Source: Licmophora abbreviata (taxonomy: Eukaryota). Taken from it: a stretch of 33,647 nucleotides of DNA. Below, piece by piece: positions 32,592 through 33,647 of the stretch (within the stretch, counting starts at the first letter, position 1; the number at the start of each line of letters is the position of its first letter). The notes beneath the pieces were generated by a model, which saw only the letters and a list, made by a program, of their open reading frames with translations, searched no databases and was not told the DNA's origin. The DNA lies in contig OLMU01000444.1 in assembly GCA_900291995.1 (NCBI GenBank), positions 1 to 33,647 on the forward strand, in the 5' to 3' direction. The position numbers and the translations under genes are program-made.

Positions 32592-33647
32592 TCATTTTAG
32601 CTTAGCCTCTTCCGCTGCTACGAGATCCTCGAGAGCATTGACCAGTTCAGTCGCATTCATTCGATCGTTTGGATTAAGCTCATACAACGAGTCAATTAGC
32701 GTTGATAATGCAGCGTCCGACAACTCCGGCAGTAGGAACCTTTCGTCAACGACAGGTTTGGTTCCGTTCTTGACCAGTTCCTTCACGACGGAGTTCTCAT
32801 AGCCTGCCCATGGCCGCTCTCCTGTGAGTATGCTGTACAGAATGTGCGATAAACTGTAAATGTCGATCTTTTCCGTCAACGGGTCAAGTTCATATTCTTC
32901 TGGTGAGTGATACCAACCAGGCGCCGATGATAGCTGCACGGAACATGGTTCTCCGGTCTTGGCGTCGTGCGACATGAAGCGACAGCGATTGAAGTCGTTA
33001 ATTTTTACATTTCCGTTGGGATCCACAAGAACTTGTGTGGCTCTCAGGTCCGCGTGGAGGATCGGTCCACCTGGAATGCTATGCATGGCTTCAATGCCGC
33101 GGGCCACGTCTAGTGATAAATGTAACCGTTCCAGCGGAGCTTCTCTGGTTCGACGGGGCGGACTCTCGTCCTCTTCATCAAGCAACACCTTGTCGAGCGT
33201 GCGGTCAATGTATTCAGTGAGAACCGTATTCCCGCAGTAGCCGTATAAGGGAACAATGTAGGGGGATGAGGAGAGGCGTTCCATCGTAAGAGCATCACGG
33301 CGATGTCTATCCAAACTTTTGGAGTTGACAGTATGCGATTCCTTCATCACCTTGAGGGCAACAGACACACCGCCTGGATGAGGAGTGATCATCCAGACAT
33401 CACGCCAGTAGCCGCTCCCGAGAAAGCTTGTAAGAGGTGTATCTGAGATATTGGGTTTACCTCGTTGACCAAGTTGCTCCTGCAGATCAAGCTCATGTAT
33501 GCGGTTGCAGTCCGGAAAAGCAAAAGCATGCCAGTCACTGCGTTCGCATCCGTCTGGCACGTCTTGAACGCTCGTCGCACTGCTCTGCTTGCCTTGTCCC
33601 ATCGAGCGGACAAGTCCACCCATGACGTCATGCTTCTGCTTTACAGC
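32592..33647 (-). CDS. Second atypical PKDCC/VLK-like protein kinase, 5' end outside the window
   Basis: Motifs FPDCNRIHELD, LGSGYWRDVW, VALKVM, MERLSSSPYIV..YGYCG, HADLRATQVL, KINDFN, SPEEY and EKIDIYS. The frame stays open to the window edge. Confidence 0.9.
   Translation of the reverse strand, partial: AVKQKHDVMGGLVRSMGQGKQSSATSVQDVPDGCERSDWHAFAFPDCNRIHELDLQEQLGQRGKPNISDTPLTSFLGSGYWRDVWMITPHPGGVSVALKVMKESHTVNSKSLDRHRRDALTMERLSSSPYIVPLYGYCGNTVLTEYIDRTLDKVLLDEEDESPPRRTREAPLERLHLSLDVARGIEAMHSIPGGPILHADLRATQVLVDPNGNVKINDFNRCRFMSHDAKTGEPCSVQLSSAPGWYHSPEEYELDPLTEKIDIYSLSHILYSILTGERPWAGYENSVVKELVKNGTKPVVDERFLLPELSDAALSTLIDSLYELNPNDRMNATELVNALEDLVAAEEAKLK

Overview
Compact, gene-dense eukaryotic nuclear DNA, almost certainly from a diatom. 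The evidence is four fucoxanthin-chlorophyll a/c-binding protein (FCP/Lhcf) genes with A|FAP bipartite plastid leaders, short GT-AG introns of about 75-155 nt, and diatom-type HSF and kinase families. I can support 19 protein-coding genes, two of them cut by the window edges. In order: a BBOX/TMLH-like 2OG dioxygenase, four FCP genes in two divergent pairs, cytosolic FBPase, a 6-exon PDZ protein, an OMA1-like M48 peptidase, a PUS3/TruA synthase, an SLC35A transporter, a DRT102-like RpiB protein, a fused OHCU decarboxylase/HIU hydrolase, two convergent HSFs, glutamate-cysteine ligase, a PKDCC/VLK-like kinase, two hypothetical proteins and a second PKDCC/VLK-like kinase. Exon structures were rebuilt by hand from splice signals and frame continuity. 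I recognised no RNA genes, transposons or CRISPR arrays. The most interesting signals are: (1) a glutamate-cysteine ligase with a hidden in-frame signal peptide and DA|F plastid motif, plus a Cys-rich/SH3-like insert of about 180 extra aa; (2) the same signal peptide plus second Met design on the allantoin synthase; (3) a stand-alone DRT102-type RpiB lacking the canonical His residues; (4) lumen-facing atypical kinases; (5) a PDZ protein with a possible HPS5-like C-terminus; and (6) shared leaders and an AAAGAT inverted motif in the FCP cluster. All homology calls come from recalled motifs, not database searches.
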